DNA of 63,426 nucleotides, from NCBI GenBank assembly GCA_012799135.1, contig JAAZLW010000235.1, forward strand, positions 1 through 63,426. Reading direction: 5' to 3'. The DNA comes from Bacillota bacterium. GTDB taxonomy: Bacteria; Bacillota; Limnochordia; DTU087. Below, piece by piece: positions 17,818-28,418 of this stretch (positions are counted from its first letter, which is position 1; the number at the start of each line of letters is the position of its first letter). The notes under the pieces were generated by a model. The model ran no database searches. It saw only the letters and a list, made by a program, of their open reading frames with translations, and was not told the DNA's origin. A program made the position numbers and the translations under genes.

Positions 17818-18504
17818 TTGCGGCTGATCGTCTTGGTTGTTGTATCGCTGGTACCGGCCTTGGCTTGGGCATGGTTTTTTAGAGAACAGGATCTCTATGA
17901 GAAAGAGTCCCCTGGGGCCTTACTGCTGACGTTTCTGGCTGGAATGATCGCGGTCATACCCGCCATTCTATTAGAAGAACCTTTTCGCAACATGATCGAG
18001 ACCGGCAGTATACTCTCCCGGGTATTGATTGCTTTCTTGGTGGTAGGGCTTGGGGAGGAAGCATTGAAACTATTGGCTGTCTATTGCTCGGCCTACCAGA
18101 GAGCGGAGTTTACGGAAGTCATTGATGGGATGATCTATTCTATTACCGCAGCTCTGGGTTTTGCGGCTGTAGAGAACCTGCTCTATACCTTGGCCTTTGG
18201 GATTCAGGTTGCTCCCGCCCGGGCACTGGTCAGTTCCCTTGCCCATGCAGCTTTCTCGGGCCTAGGTGGCTTTCATGTGGGCTTGGCGCGGTTTGCTTCG
18301 CAGGGATCGACTGGGCAGGCCATTAGCGGTCTAGTCCTGGCCGCGTTTTTGCACGGTATCTATAATACTCTGATCATGATCAAACTCGTGTCTCCTTTGG
18401 GCATCATCTTGCTCATGGGGATATTGTATTGGGGTCTCTTTCGCCGACTCAGGCAAGCAGCTGCTCTTTCCCCTTTCTGCCGCAGGCTTGATCAAAGAAA
18501 GTAG
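17818..18504 (+). CDS. prsW: PrsW family intramembrane metalloprotease
   Basis: Polytopic membrane protein with the PrsW motifs GLGEEALK, GFAAVENLLY and HAAFSG. Confidence 0.8.
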   Translation: MRLIVLVVVSLVPALAWAWFFREQDLYEKESPGALLLTFLAGMIAVIPAILLEEPFRNMIETGSILSRVLIAFLVVGLGEEALKLLAVYCSAYQRAEFTEVIDGMIYSITAALGFAAVENLLYTLAFGIQVAPARALVSSLAHAAFSGLGGFHVGLARFASQGSTGQAISGLVLAAFLHGIYNTLIMIKLVSPLGIILLMGILYWGLFRRLRQAAALSPFCRRLDQRK

Positions 18505-18637
18505 CTGTGTTTCCCTGTCCAGGAAGCAGTTTCCGCCACATCGCTGGCAGGGGCATACCTTGGCAGTACTACTGCCTGTGTGGTAAAATAAGACGGGACA
18601 CGGGTGTCGGCCGGGGACTGGAAGGGAAGTGTTTTAG

Positions 18638-19390
18638 GTGGCAGGACATTCCAAGTGGGCTAACATCAAACACCGAAAGGGCAAAGAGGATGCTCGCCGA
18701 GGTCAGCTTTTTACAAAATTGGCCAGACAGATTACTCTCGCCGCCCGTGAAGGTGGTGGGGATCCGGAGACTAATTTCCGCTTGCGATTAGCGATAGACA
18801 AGGCCCGTGGCAGTAACATGCCAAATGACAATATCGAACGGGCAATCAAGCGGGGAACCGGGGAACTCGAAGGCGTGAATCTGGAAGAAGTTATTTACGA
18901 AGGCTATGGGCCTGGTGGTATGGCCATTCTTTTGGAGGCACTCACTGACAATCGTAATCGTACTGCTAGTGATGTAAGACATGTTTTTGCCAAGCATGGG
19001 GGGAACTTAGGGGAAAATGGTTGTGTGGCATGGATGTTTGAGAAAAAGGGTCGATTAGTTATAGATAAGCAGGTCACCCCCATAGATGAAGAGACCCTGA
19101 TGCTGGAAGCCATTGAAACAGGCGCAGAAGATATTGAGGTAGATGAGGAGTATATCGAGCTGATCACTGCACCTGGAGATTTCTTGGCAGTAAAAGAAGC
19201 ACTGGAGCTATCGGGCTATAAGTTTGAAGATGCTGAGGTAACTATGATTCCCACCAACACTGTGGAAATACCTAAAGATAAGGTGGAGCAAGCTCTGCGG
19301 TTACTGGAAGCCTTAGATGAGCTAGATGACATTCAGGAGGTCTATGCTAACGGGGATATTGACGAGGAAGTACTATCGGAAGGCGCTTAG
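18638..19390 (+). CDS. yebC: YebC/PmpR family DNA-binding transcriptional regulator
   Basis: GTG start gives the canonical MAGHSKWANIKHRKG N-terminus. The family is conserved throughout the ORF. Confidence 0.95.
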   Translation: MAGHSKWANIKHRKGKEDARRGQLFTKLARQITLAAREGGGDPETNFRLRLAIDKARGSNMPNDNIERAIKRGTGELEGVNLEEVIYEGYGPGGMAILLEALTDNRNRTASDVRHVFAKHGGNLGENGCVAWMFEKKGRLVIDKQVTPIDEETLMLEAIETGAEDIEVDEEYIELITAPGDFLAVKEALELSGYKFEDAEVTMIPTNTVEIPKDKVEQALRLLEALDELDDIQEVYANGDIDEEVLSEGA

Positions 19391-19420
19391 AGTCCCAGGG
19401 GTTTCAATAGCTTATGAAGG

Positions 19421-19452
19421 CCCGCTTGTTTGAGAAGCGGGTTTTCTTATTT
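19421..19452 (+). terminator. rho-independent terminator after yebC
   Basis: CCCGCTT (19421-19427) pairs with AAGCGGG (19435-19441) and is followed by TTTTCTTATTTT. Confidence 0.8.
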
Positions 19453-19503
19453 TCTCCCGTGGTATAATTTTTCCTCGATAGGAAACCATAACCATGAATA
19501 TCC

Positions 19504-20142
19504 TTGCGGGAGATGGTATCAATGGTGGCACGGCACAAATGGTTGCTACTGGGTGTCGCCGTCCTATCGTTCTGCCTTGGCTTTGGCTTGACTGTCTGGG
19601 TATGGAAGGGTACACCAACTGTCCCCGAACCGGTGAAGGTTCAGGAGCAGTTGGGAATAGAGCAAGGTACCGACACCAGCCATAAAGACCTGTCTTTGGA
19701 CGAAAGCCCCGATGAACCCCAGTTGCGTTTGCTGTCAGAGGCCGATTTGGTGCAAACGGTGATCTCGGAATCCGGACAAGTTCTGACGACCTCTACCTCA
19801 ACACTACCGGAAGAACTGGTAGGAAGAACCTTAGGTGAGGTCAGGAGTATTCACCCAGAATGGCGAGTGGTAGGGTTTTCACCCGAGCGGCTGACGGTAA
19901 GAATTCCGGAGACCCACATGGAGGCCCTCTATGGCCACCTTTCCTTTCTAGGAATTTACGAAGGGAAAGTATCTGTGTTTAAAGGGAAGCCTGAAGTGTA
20001 CCAGCGATTGGTGCGGGTTACAGGCATTCCAATTTCCGGGTTGCCGGATTTTGAGGTCCGCAACCTTGAACGGGGAATTCCCTATGACGGAGATGAGGAG
20101 CTATCATTGCTGCTGGAAAGCTTGAAAGAACGGGAGGAATAG
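19504..20142 (+). CDS. BofC-like sporulation protein (BofC C-terminal domain)
   Basis: N-terminal TM/signal segment. The C-terminal part (HPEWRVVGFSPERLTV...LGIYEGKVSVFKGKPE...LVRVTGIPISGLP...VRNLERGIP) resembles the BofC C-terminal domain. Assigned from memory of the family only. Confidence 0.5.
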   Translation: MREMVSMVARHKWLLLGVAVLSFCLGFGLTVWVWKGTPTVPEPVKVQEQLGIEQGTDTSHKDLSLDESPDEPQLRLLSEADLVQTVISESGQVLTTSTSTLPEELVGRTLGEVRSIHPEWRVVGFSPERLTVRIPETHMEALYGHLSFLGIYEGKVSVFKGKPEVYQRLVRVTGIPISGLPDFEVRNLERGIPYDGDEELSLLLESLKEREE

Positions 20143-20329
20143 GGTTAACGTCCAACAACAATGGTCGGATCCGTTGGTGGATAGTCTTCTGGTGGCCAGT
20201 GAGCCATGTCAGGATAGCAGGAATTTACTGCTCTGATATGGAATAACTGTTCGAGTAAGGAGCTAGGCTTCTCTCGGATGTGGCTGCAGCAGAAGGCTTT
20301 GGCGCGCTTAGAAAAGGTAGTGGTTATTC

Positions 20330-20833
20330 TTGCTGATATTGGGAATTGATCCGGGGACAGCGATTACAGGATATGGTCTGATCAAGGTTGAGGGAAGCAA
20401 ATTGACCCCGCTTAACTATGGTGCCCTTCGGACTGGAGCAAGGCAAGAGACAGCTGTTCGATTATCTGTCATCCATAGTAATCTGTGCAACCTGATTCGA
20501 GCCGCTACCCCCGATGTAGTAGCAGTCGAGCAGCTTTTTTTCAATACCAATGTCACTACGGCTCTAGCGGTGGGTCAAGCCCGGGGGGTCATCTTGCTGG
20601 CAGTGGCTCAAGCGGAGATACCACTGGTTGAGTATACGCCTTTACAGGTTAAACAGACTGTGACCGGGAATGGGCGAGCGACTAAGCAACAGGTTGGTTA
20701 TATGGTCAAAACTCTACTCAAACTGGAGACTGTCCCTAGTCCTGATGATGTTTCGGATGCCTTGGCTATAGCTATCTGTCATGCTCATTTGGGCTCAACT
20801 TTGGATCGTTTCGCTAGATACGCGCAACAGTAG
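20330..20833 (+). CDS. ruvC: crossover junction endodeoxyribonuclease RuvC
   Basis: TTG start. LILGIDPGTAITGYG plus later catalytic acidic residues (VAVEQLFF, PDDVSDALAIAICH). Confidence 0.93.
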   Translation: MLILGIDPGTAITGYGLIKVEGSKLTPLNYGALRTGARQETAVRLSVIHSNLCNLIRAATPDVVAVEQLFFNTNVTTALAVGQARGVILLAVAQAEIPLVEYTPLQVKQTVTGNGRATKQQVGYMVKTLLKLETVPSPDDVSDALAIAICHAHLGSTLDRFARYAQQ

Positions 20834-20946
20834 TTGGCAAAAAAGATGCACACGCAGAATGCAACGGTCTGAAGCCGGCTAGGTGAGAGTGACCGGATCG
20901 GGCACGTCTTGCGTCCAACCTGGGGTTGAAGGGTAGGTGGCGAGTA

Positions 20947-21555
20947 GTGATCGGGAGGCTACGGGGTATAATCCAGTTCATATCAAGGGAGCAATTATTG
21001 ATCGATGTGCATGGGGTAGGCTACCTGGTCAGTGTTCCAGCCTCAACTGCAGCACACCTTGTGGAGGGCAATGAAACAACACTGTTGATCTATACTCAAG
21101 TCCGAGAAGATGCCATTATCCTTTACGGTTTTGCTACCCAGAGGGAAAAAGAGGTGTTCGAATTGCTGAACACTGTATCGGGGGTGGGGCCGAAGCTGGC
21201 ATTGTCGGTTTTGTCCACGCTTTCTCCTGATAGTTTTTGTCAGGCGATTCTCCAAGCAAATCTCAGGCGATTGACAGAGGTTCCTGGTATCGGCAAGCGA
21301 ACAGGGGAGCGTTTGATCGTTGAGCTCAAGGATAAGATTGCTAAGAGTTTTGTGCCCACCGGGTTATCGCAAGCTGTTGGCGGCGGTAGTGACAATCAGG
21401 TAGCGACAGAAGCCCTAGAAGCTCTGTTGGCCTTAGGCTACTCCACCTTGGAGGCGGAAGAAGCTTTGTCTCATGTGCAGTCTGATGGCACCGAGAGTAT
21501 TGAGACAGTGATTCGAAGAGCACTCGGTTTTCTTGTCAAGACAGGAAACGTCTGA
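20947..21555 (+). CDS. ruvA: Holliday junction branch migration complex subunit RuvA
   Basis: The GTG at 20947 gives the canonical VIGRLRGI N-terminus. HhH motifs are present (VSGVGPKLALSVLS, LTEVPGIGKRTGERLIVELK). The track ORF starts 7 codons earlier. Confidence 0.93.
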   Translation: MIGRLRGIIQFISREQLLIDVHGVGYLVSVPASTAAHLVEGNETTLLIYTQVREDAIILYGFATQREKEVFELLNTVSGVGPKLALSVLSTLSPDSFCQAILQANLRRLTEVPGIGKRTGERLIVELKDKIAKSFVPTGLSQAVGGGSDNQVATEALEALLALGYSTLEAEEALSHVQSDGTESIETVIRRALGFLVKTGNV

Positions 21556-21566
21556 GGTGATGAGGA

Positions 21567-22595
21567 TTGGCTGGTGAACGCATGATATCCGGGGCCAGAC
21601 AGGATATTGATGTTGATATAGAATTGAGCCTGCGCCCCAAGACCCTTGATGAGTATGTGGGTCAGGATCAAGTGAAAGAGAACCTAAGGATTTTCACGGA
21701 AGCAGCCCTTAACCGGGGCGAGGCTCTCGATCATGTGCTGCTTTATGGGCCTCCTGGTTTAGGGAAAACCACTCTAGCCAACATCATTGCCAATGAGATG
21801 AGGGTTGGTATAAGGACGACTTCGGGACCGGCCATCGAGCGTCAAGGCGATTTGGTGGCCATTCTCACGAATCTGGAACCCGGTGATGTGCTATTTATTG
21901 ACGAGATTCATCGGCTACGGCGACCTGTAGAGGAAGTCCTGTACCCCGCCATGGAAGACGCAGTAGTAGATATCATGATCGGTAAGGGACCTGGGGCTCG
22001 TTCTGTTCGTTTAGATCTGCCTCCCTTTACCCTAATTGGTGCCACTACCAGGGCCGGTATGCTCACTTCACCGCTACGGGACAGGTTTGGAGTGATCAGC
22101 AGGTTGGAGTTTTACTCACAAGAAGACCTTAGATGCATTGTCCAGCGCGCGGCCGGCATACTGCGCATAGCCATTGATGAAGCGGGGGCTTGGGAGGTAG
22201 CCAGGCGGGCCCGGGGCACTCCTAGAGTAGCTAACCGCTTATTGAAGCGGGTGAGGGACTATGCGGAAGTTCGGGCTGATGGAGTGATCACTGGCGAGGT
22301 AGCAAGAGCGGCTTTACAGCTCTTTGAAGTAGATGAACTAGGGCTGGACCGGGCGGACCGCAATCTGCTGCTTACCATTGTGGAGAAATTCGACGGCGGC
22401 CCAGTCGGTGTCGATACCCTAGGTGCAGCCATCAACGAGGAAGTAGAGACTATTGAGGATGTTTATGAACCATACCTAATGCAGGTAGGTTATCTGCAGC
22501 GGACTCCCCGGGGCAGAGTGGTGACCACTAGGGCTTATCGCCATCTTGGGATGGTTGCGCCGCCGAGAACCAGCCAAGAACAGCTCTTTGAATAA
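21567..22595 (+). CDS. ruvB: Holliday junction branch migration DNA helicase RuvB
   Basis: [12 protein letters not shown], Walker [10 protein letters not shown], Walker [10 protein letters not shown], and sensor [15 protein letters not shown]. Confidence 0.97.
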   Translation: MAGERMISGARQDIDVDIELSLRPKTLDEYVGQDQVKENLRIFTEAALNRGEALDHVLLYGPPGLGKTTLANIIANEMRVGIRTTSGPAIERQGDLVAILTNLEPGDVLFIDEIHRLRRPVEEVLYPAMEDAVVDIMIGKGPGARSVRLDLPPFTLIGATTRAGMLTSPLRDRFGVISRLEFYSQEDLRCIVQRAAGILRIAIDEAGAWEVARRARGTPRVANRLLKRVRDYAEVRADGVITGEVARAALQLFEVDELGLDRADRNLLLTIVEKFDGGPVGVDTLGAAINEEVETIEDVYEPYLMQVGYLQRTPRGRVVTTRAYRHLGMVAPPRTSQEQLFE

Positions 22596-22612
22596 AGTGA
22601 AGCTGGGGGGCT

Positions 22613-22834
22613 TTGAGAGGAATGCCTTCTATGGGAAGAACAATGATTATCCTGGGCATTGCCCTGATAGTAATAGGTATCGTACTGAATGTGGTGCCGA
22701 GAGTCCCCTGGCTCGGGCGGCTTCCGGGGGATATTGTGATCAAAAGAGAAGGATTTGTGTTGTATTTCCCCTTGGCAACATGCCTTCTGGTCAGTCTAGT
22801 CATTTCCATATTAATACGTATTTTTCGCCACTGA
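22613..22834 (+). CDS. DUF2905 family small membrane protein
   Basis: 73 aa with two TM helices and the characteristic LGRLPGDIVIKREGFVLYFPLATCLLVS core. Commonly follows ruvB. Confidence 0.75.
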   Translation: MRGMPSMGRTMIILGIALIVIGIVLNVVPRVPWLGRLPGDIVIKREGFVLYFPLATCLLVSLVISILIRIFRH

Positions 22835-23055
22835 GGAGCCAGTGAGCTTGCATGTAACCTAAGGACACTAGCTACTTTTTGGCAAGTGTTTTCCATGGCT
22901 GACCATAGAGGGGCATATTTACTGTACCGGACTCATATTGGTAACAATATGGCTGGGATAGCTCAAATGGATGAAGGGTAGAAGGCGACTTTCGGTCCCT
23001 TGCTACTCGTAGCTTCCGGCTGATAGTTCCCGGCTTCTGTTCGGTAAGCAAGGAG

Positions 23056-23823
23056 ATGGGTCATATGGCTTTATATAGAACAGAAGCTATAGTCTTGCGT
23101 ACACGTAACCTGGGTGAGGCTGACAAGATCCTCACCCTTTTCACCAAAGAACGGGGAAAAGTCAGCGCCGTAGCCCGGGGGAGTCGCCGCCCACGTAATC
23201 ACCTGATGGGAGTCGCTCAGCCGTTTACCCATAGTACTTTTCTGATTTTTCGGGGTAAGAACCTGGATTCGATTAGTCAAGGTACCATAATCAATGCCTG
23301 GCTGTATCTACGGGAAGATCTGTTGAAGATGGCCTATGCCAGCTATATTGTGGAATTGGTGGATCGGCTCACGGAGGAATACGATCCGAGTGAAAGGATC
23401 TATTCACTTTTGGTGGCTGTGTTTGAGAGATTGTGTAATGATGGTTTGGAGACTAGGCTGGTCAGGTTCTTTGAGCTTCGTTTTCTGCGCCTGATCGGAC
23501 TCGATCCTCAATTAGAACACTGCGTTGGGTGTGATACAGTTGTGACCGATACCGGCCATCAGCTGCGGTTTAGCCCGAGAGAAGGGGGGGTCTTGTGCCC
23601 TGATTGCCAGAGAAGGCGGACCGATGCTTTATCTCTTTCACTTGGAGCATATCAGGTCATGAGATGGCTCTCCAATGCCGATATCGACAGACTGTCTGTT
23701 CTGCAAATGCCCGAAGCAGTGGCAGATGAAGTGGAGGAGACGCTGCGGAATTTCATTAATTTCCATCTGCAAAGGCCGTTAAAATCGCTGGAATTTCTGT
23801 ACACTATTCGGGGAACCTCCTAG
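23056..23823 (+). CDS. recO: DNA repair protein RecO
   Basis: N-terminal OB fold (YRTEAIVLRTRNLGEADKILTLFT) and a zinc-binding CVGCD...CPDC pair. Confidence 0.92.
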   Translation: MGHMALYRTEAIVLRTRNLGEADKILTLFTKERGKVSAVARGSRRPRNHLMGVAQPFTHSTFLIFRGKNLDSISQGTIINAWLYLREDLLKMAYASYIVELVDRLTEEYDPSERIYSLLVAVFERLCNDGLETRLVRFFELRFLRLIGLDPQLEHCVGCDTVVTDTGHQLRFSPREGGVLCPDCQRRRTDALSLSLGAYQVMRWLSNADIDRLSVLQMPEAVADEVEETLRNFINFHLQRPLKSLEFLYTIRGTS

Positions 23824-23853
23824 ATAGATCACACTATAATAGGAAGTGGTGCA

Positions 23854-24249
23854 ATGGGTATTGATGAACTAAGTAAGATCGATCTGCTGCGCGAGAGAAT
23901 GGATCTCAGCTACCAGGAGGCTGTGGAACTGCTACACTTAACCGAGGGCTCGGTAGTCGATGCTTTGGTCTTGGCAGAAGCCAAGAACAAGCAAGCCCAG
24001 TGCAGCTGGGAGGTACGGGGTCGCGAGGTAGTAGCCAAGATCCAAGAGCTTTTGCGGGAAGGCAATATCACCAAGATTAGAATCATGCATGAAGGGAAAC
24101 CGGTGTTCGTCTTTCCCGTAACAGCTGGGTTAGTTGGTGTCTTGGTTATGCCCAAACTGGCTCTTTTGGCGACATCAGTCTGTCTGTTGGGCCGCTGCCG
24201 GATAGAAGTAGAACGGGACTATCCTGGGGATCCCATATCGGAAGCATAG
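23854..24249 (+). CDS. DUF4342 domain protein with N-terminal UBA-like segment
   Basis: 131 aa. N-terminal LLRERMDLSYQEAVELLHLTEGSVVDALV is UBA/TS-N-like. The C-terminal GNITKIRIMHEGKPVFVFPVTAGLVG resembles DUF4342. Confidence 0.6.
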   Translation: MGIDELSKIDLLRERMDLSYQEAVELLHLTEGSVVDALVLAEAKNKQAQCSWEVRGREVVAKIQELLREGNITKIRIMHEGKPVFVFPVTAGLVGVLVMPKLALLATSVCLLGRCRIEVERDYPGDPISEA

Positions 24250-24580
24250 CATTTCCTCATTTTACAAGGATTTAACTGAGGTGGAGAAGGAGAATGATGC
24301 CCTGTCACGAATACTACTAAACGGTCCCTTGGCAAGTGGAATGGGACTAGGTTTTTTTGAAATACTAGGATGCTCGGGTAGCTATCATGGTACTTAGCTT
24401 CGCTGTTTTTGACATCTCAGTCTGGGTAAGGTGGGACGGTTTACTGTGCGAGTGGGTCAACTCTGGTCCAGCCCGTCCACCAAGGGCATTAGAAGCCACC
24501 CGCTGTCCCCATACTAGACTGTGCATGCATAGAAAGAAACACCTCCCGGATTCCGGGATAAAAAGAGGAGGATGCAGTAG

Positions 24581-27232
24581 ATGACCCAAAAGTACGTCTA
24601 TTTTTTTGGCGGAAAAAAGGCCGAGGGTAAAGCGGAAATGAGAAACCTCTTGGGTGGGAAAGGTGCCAACCTTGCCGAAATGGTGAATATCGGCATTCCG
24701 GTACCGGCAGGCTTCACCATTACCACCGAGGTTTGTATCGGTTACTACGATAACAATAAGCAGTGGCCGGCAGGCCTGGAAGGCCAGATCAAGGAAGCGA
24801 TTGGCAAAGTGGAAGCAGTTATGGGGTCCAAGTTTGGTGACCCGAAGAATCCGCTTCTTCTGTCAGTCCGCTCCGGTGCTCGTGTGTCGATGCCGGGCAT
24901 GATGGATACAGTCTTGAACCTAGGACTCAATGATACAACCATCAAAGGCCTGACGGAGATTTCGGGTGATGAGCGGTTTGCATATGATAGCTACCGCCGT
25001 TTCATCCAAATGTATGGCGACGTAGTACGCGGTGTCGATCACGACTTTTTCGAAGAGATCATCGAAGCTAAGAAAAAGGAAAAGGGCGTAGAGCTCGATA
25101 CTGAGCTAGACGCGAATGATTGGAAGGATGTCGTAGTCAAGTTTAAGGCTCTATACAAAGAAAAGACCGGTGATGACTTCCCTGAGGATCCCTTTGAGCA
25201 GTTGAAGGGCTCCATTAACGCGGTCTTTGAGTCTTGGTATAATCCAAGAGCGATCCGTTATCGCGAGCTTAACGACATACCCCACAATTGGGGCACAGCC
25301 GTAAACGTTCAGACTATGGTCTTCGGTAACATGGGTGTTCACCCTGCTACCGGCAAGGGTTCGGGTACCGGTGTTGCCTTTACCCGAGACCCGGCTACTG
25401 GAGAGAATGTCTTCTATGGCGAGTATCTGATGAACGCCCAGGGAGAAGACGTTGTTGCCGGCATTCGTACTCCTCTTCCGATCAGCAGTCTCGAAGAAGA
25501 GATGCCTGAAATCTACGAAGAACTAGAGGCCATCAGACACAAGCTGGAGGAGCATTACCGTGAGATGCAGGATGTGGAGTTTACCATTCAGCGGGGTAAG
25601 CTTTACATGCTTCAGACCCGTTCTGGTAAGCGGACTGCAGGTGCGGCTGTACGTATCGCGGTAGAGATGGTTAAGGAAGGCCTCATCGATAAGGAAACAG
25701 CTATAACTCGAGTCGATCCTGCACAGCTGGACCAGTTGCTGCATCCGACTATTGACCCCAATACTAAGGCCAAAGTACTTGGGACCGGACTGCCCGCTTC
25801 TCCCGGAGCAGCGGTAGGCAGAGTGGTCTATAGTGCCCAAGATGCCGAAGCGTGGAGAGCCCGGGGTGAGCATGTAGTGCTAGTGCGGACTGAGACCTCC
25901 CCAGATGATATCGGTGGGATGGACGCAGCTCAGGGCATCTTGACTACTCGTGGTGGTATGACCTCCCACGCAGCCGTAGTGGCTCGTGGCATGGGTAAGC
26001 CTTGTGTGGCCGGTCTTGAATCGGCACAGATCCGCTATCAGGACAAGACGATCACTTTCGAAGATGGCACTGTGGCCAAAGAAGGCGACTGGCTGACGCT
26101 AAACGGTACCACCGGCGAAGTCCTGCTTGATAAAGCCGATTTGATCGAGCCTGAGCTCACCGGTGATTTCGCGATCATCGAAGAGTGGGCTGACAGTATC
26201 CGTACACTCAAGATCCGAACCAATGCTGATACTCCTCATGATGCAGAGGTTGCTCGCAACTTCGGTGCTGAAGGTATTGGCCTATGTCGGACTGAGCATA
26301 TGTTCTTTGCGCCAGATCGGATTGGCGTTGTACAGCAGATGATCTTGGCTGACAATGTCGAGACTCGCAAGAAGGCCTTAGCCAAGCTGCTACCTATGCA
26401 GAAGGGCGATTTTGTGGGAATTCTCAAGGCTATGCAGGGATTGCCTGTGACTATCCGTCTACTCGATCCGCCTCTGCATGAGTTCCTGCCTCATACTGAC
26501 AAAGACATTGAGGCATTAGCCCAGGCCATGGGTCTTAGCAAGAAAGCAGTCGAGGAGAAAGTCGATAGTCTGCGTGAGATGAACCCGATGTTAGGTCATC
26601 GTGGCTGTCGCTTGGGCATCACCTATCCGGAGATCTATGACATGCAAGTCCAGGCCGTCTTTGAGGCTGCCTGTGAACTGGTTAAGCAAGGCTTGAATGT
26701 CATACCTGAGGTCATGATCCCGTTGATTGGCACCGTGAAGGAGCTGGAGATTCTTCGGAAGAATGCTGTCAAGGTAGCCGAAGATGTGATCAGCAAAGCC
26801 GGTGTCAAGCTTGAATACCATGTCGGAACCATGATCGAAATACCAAGGGCATGCCTGTTAGCCGACAAGATTGCCAAGGTCGCTGACTTCTTCTCCTTTG
26901 GCACCAATGACCTTACTCAGATGGGTTTTGGCTATAGCCGTGACGATGCTGGCAAGTTCCTCGCAGCATATCTAAAAGAAGGCATCCTGGAGAAGGATCC
27001 GTTCCAGACTCTGGATCAAGAGGGCATCGGCCAGTTGGTTGAGCTCGGTGTCGATAGGGGTCGCAAAGCCAAGCCTGAGCTAGGATTGGGCGTCTGTGGT
27101 GAGCATGGTGGAGATCCGGCATCAGTGGTCTTCTTCCACAGGGTTGGACTTGACTATGTAAGCTGTTCACCTTATCGTGTGCCTATTGCCAGACTTGCTG
27201 CTGCTCAGGCACAGGTGAAGTTCCCTAGATAA
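24581..27232 (+). CDS. ppdK: pyruvate, phosphate dikinase
   Basis: 883 aa. ATP-grasp N-terminus (LLGGKGANLAEM), phosphohistidine motif GGMTSHAAVVARGMG, and a C-terminal PEP-utilising TIM barrel (FFSFGTNDLTQM). Confidence 0.97.
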   Translation: MTQKYVYFFGGKKAEGKAEMRNLLGGKGANLAEMVNIGIPVPAGFTITTEVCIGYYDNNKQWPAGLEGQIKEAIGKVEAVMGSKFGDPKNPLLLSVRSGARVSMPGMMDTVLNLGLNDTTIKGLTEISGDERFAYDSYRRFIQMYGDVVRGVDHDFFEEIIEAKKKEKGVELDTELDANDWKDVVVKFKALYKEKTGDDFPEDPFEQLKGSINAVFESWYNPRAIRYRELNDIPHNWGTAVNVQTMVFGNMGVHPATGKGSGTGVAFTRDPATGENVFYGEYLMNAQGEDVVAGIRTPLPISSLEEEMPEIYEELEAIRHKLEEHYREMQDVEFTIQRGKLYMLQTRSGKRTAGAAVRIAVEMVKEGLIDKETAITRVDPAQLDQLLHPTIDPNTKAKVLGTGLPASPGAAVGRVVYSAQDAEAWRARGEHVVLVRTETSPDDIGGMDAAQGILTTRGGMTSHAAVVARGMGKPCVAGLESAQIRYQDKTITFEDGTVAKEGDWLTLNGTTGEVLLDKADLIEPELTGDFAIIEEWADSIRTLKIRTNADTPHDAEVARNFGAEGIGLCRTEHMFFAPDRIGVVQQMILADNVETRKKALAKLLPMQKGDFVGILKAMQGLPVTIRLLDPPLHEFLPHTDKDIEALAQAMGLSKKAVEEKVDSLREMNPMLGHRGCRLGITYPEIYDMQVQAVFEAACELVKQGLNVIPEVMIPLIGTVKELEILRKNAVKVAEDVISKAGVKLEYHVGTMIEIPRACLLADKIAKVADFFSFGTNDLTQMGFGYSRDDAGKFLAAYLKEGILEKDPFQTLDQEGIGQLVELGVDRGRKAKPELGLGVCGEHGGDPASVVFFHRVGLDYVSCSPYRVPIARLAAAQAQVKFPR

Positions 27233-27266
27233 GTTCCGGGAAGCAACAGCCAGTGAGTGAACTAGG

Positions 27267-27303
27267 GAGAGGCCCATGCTCACACATGGGCTTCTCTTTA
27301 TTA
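27267..27303 (+). terminator. rho-independent terminator after ppdK
   Basis: GAGAGGCCCATG (27267-27278) pairs with CATGGGCTTCTC (27285-27296, one G:U pair) and is followed by TTTATT. Confidence 0.75.
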
Positions 27304-27368
27304 GGCGTAAAAGGTATTACGGATGATATGTCGAAAGCACTCCTAACCTGTCTAGTAGGAGGCTGGAC

Positions 27369-28376
27369 ATGAACATCCGGATCCGAGAGGAAGCTTGGGA
27401 ACGGCAGTATCTCTCCCCATATGCAGCTTTGAGCGCAGCGAGCCGAGGCCGTGCCCATTTGGAGCCTGAATGCGAAGTACGGACAGTGTTTCAACGGGAT
27501 CGGGATCGATTGCTGCATGCGAAGGCGTTCCGCCGTCTTATGGGGAAGACGCAGGTGTTCATATCTCCGACTGGAGATCACTACCGAACTCGGCTTACCC
27601 ATACACTGGAAGTTGCACAGATTTCCCGAACAGTGGCTAGGGCTCTACGCCTGAATGAAGCTTTGACAGAGGCTATTGCCCTGGGGCATGATCTTGGCCA
27701 TACCCCGTTCGGTCATGCGGGCGAGGCGGCTTTGGACCGATTACTTGAATCAGGGTTTCGCCACAATGACCAGAGCCTGCGGGTGGTCGATGTCGTGGAA
27801 GGAGTTCGAGATTACAGTCAGGGACTAAACCTTACCTATGAGGTGAGAGATGGTATTCTATGTCATACGGGTGATCGCCGCCCTGCTACGCTGGAGGGTG
27901 AGGTGGTCAGGATTTGCGATCGAGTTGCCTATATTAACCATGACATAGATGATGCCATTCGCGCAGGGCTGCTGCGAGAGGAGGAGCTTCCTACAGAGTG
28001 TCAGGAGGTATTGGGTACTGGACGACGCCAACGCATAGATAACATGGTAAAGGACTTGATCACCAACAGCTGGGAGAAAGCCGAAATTACCATGTCACCA
28101 CCGCTGGCCCATGCAACAAGTGCATTACGGGAGTTTCTCTTCAAGAACATATACATGACACATAGTGCGGCTAAGGAGAAGGACAAGATCTATGGTCTTA
28201 TCTCCAGTCTTTTCGATTTTTACTTGGCGAATCCCCTACGCTTGCCTATAGAGTGGCGGGAAGGCCGAGAAGATGAGCCTCCTCGTTTGGTGGCAGACTA
28301 TATCGCGGGTATGACTGATCGATATGCCATAGCGGAGTATGAGAGACTTTTCCTACCTAGGGCCTGGTCGCTATGA
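27369..28376 (+). CDS. dGTPase-like HD-domain triphosphohydrolase
   Basis: FQRDRDRLLHAKAFRRL, TRLTHTLEVAQISR, GHDLGHTPFGHAGE, and a C-terminal DYIAGMTDRYA. It occupies the usual position upstream of dnaG-sigA. Confidence 0.9.
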   Translation: MNIRIREEAWERQYLSPYAALSAASRGRAHLEPECEVRTVFQRDRDRLLHAKAFRRLMGKTQVFISPTGDHYRTRLTHTLEVAQISRTVARALRLNEALTEAIALGHDLGHTPFGHAGEAALDRLLESGFRHNDQSLRVVDVVEGVRDYSQGLNLTYEVRDGILCHTGDRRPATLEGEVVRICDRVAYINHDIDDAIRAGLLREEELPTECQEVLGTGRRQRIDNMVKDLITNSWEKAEITMSPPLAHATSALREFLFKNIYMTHSAAKEKDKIYGLISSLFDFYLANPLRLPIEWREGREDEPPRLVADYIAGMTDRYAIAEYERLFLPRAWSL

Positions 28377-28418
28377 GGCAGGATTATACATACGTACAGC
28401 GAACACGTATCAGGCGGG

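Noticed and set aside
18507-18791. 94-aa plus-strand ORF overlapping the start of yebC
   Set aside because: It is out of frame with the highly conserved YebC N-terminus (MAGHSKWANIKHRKG) and has no supporting features.
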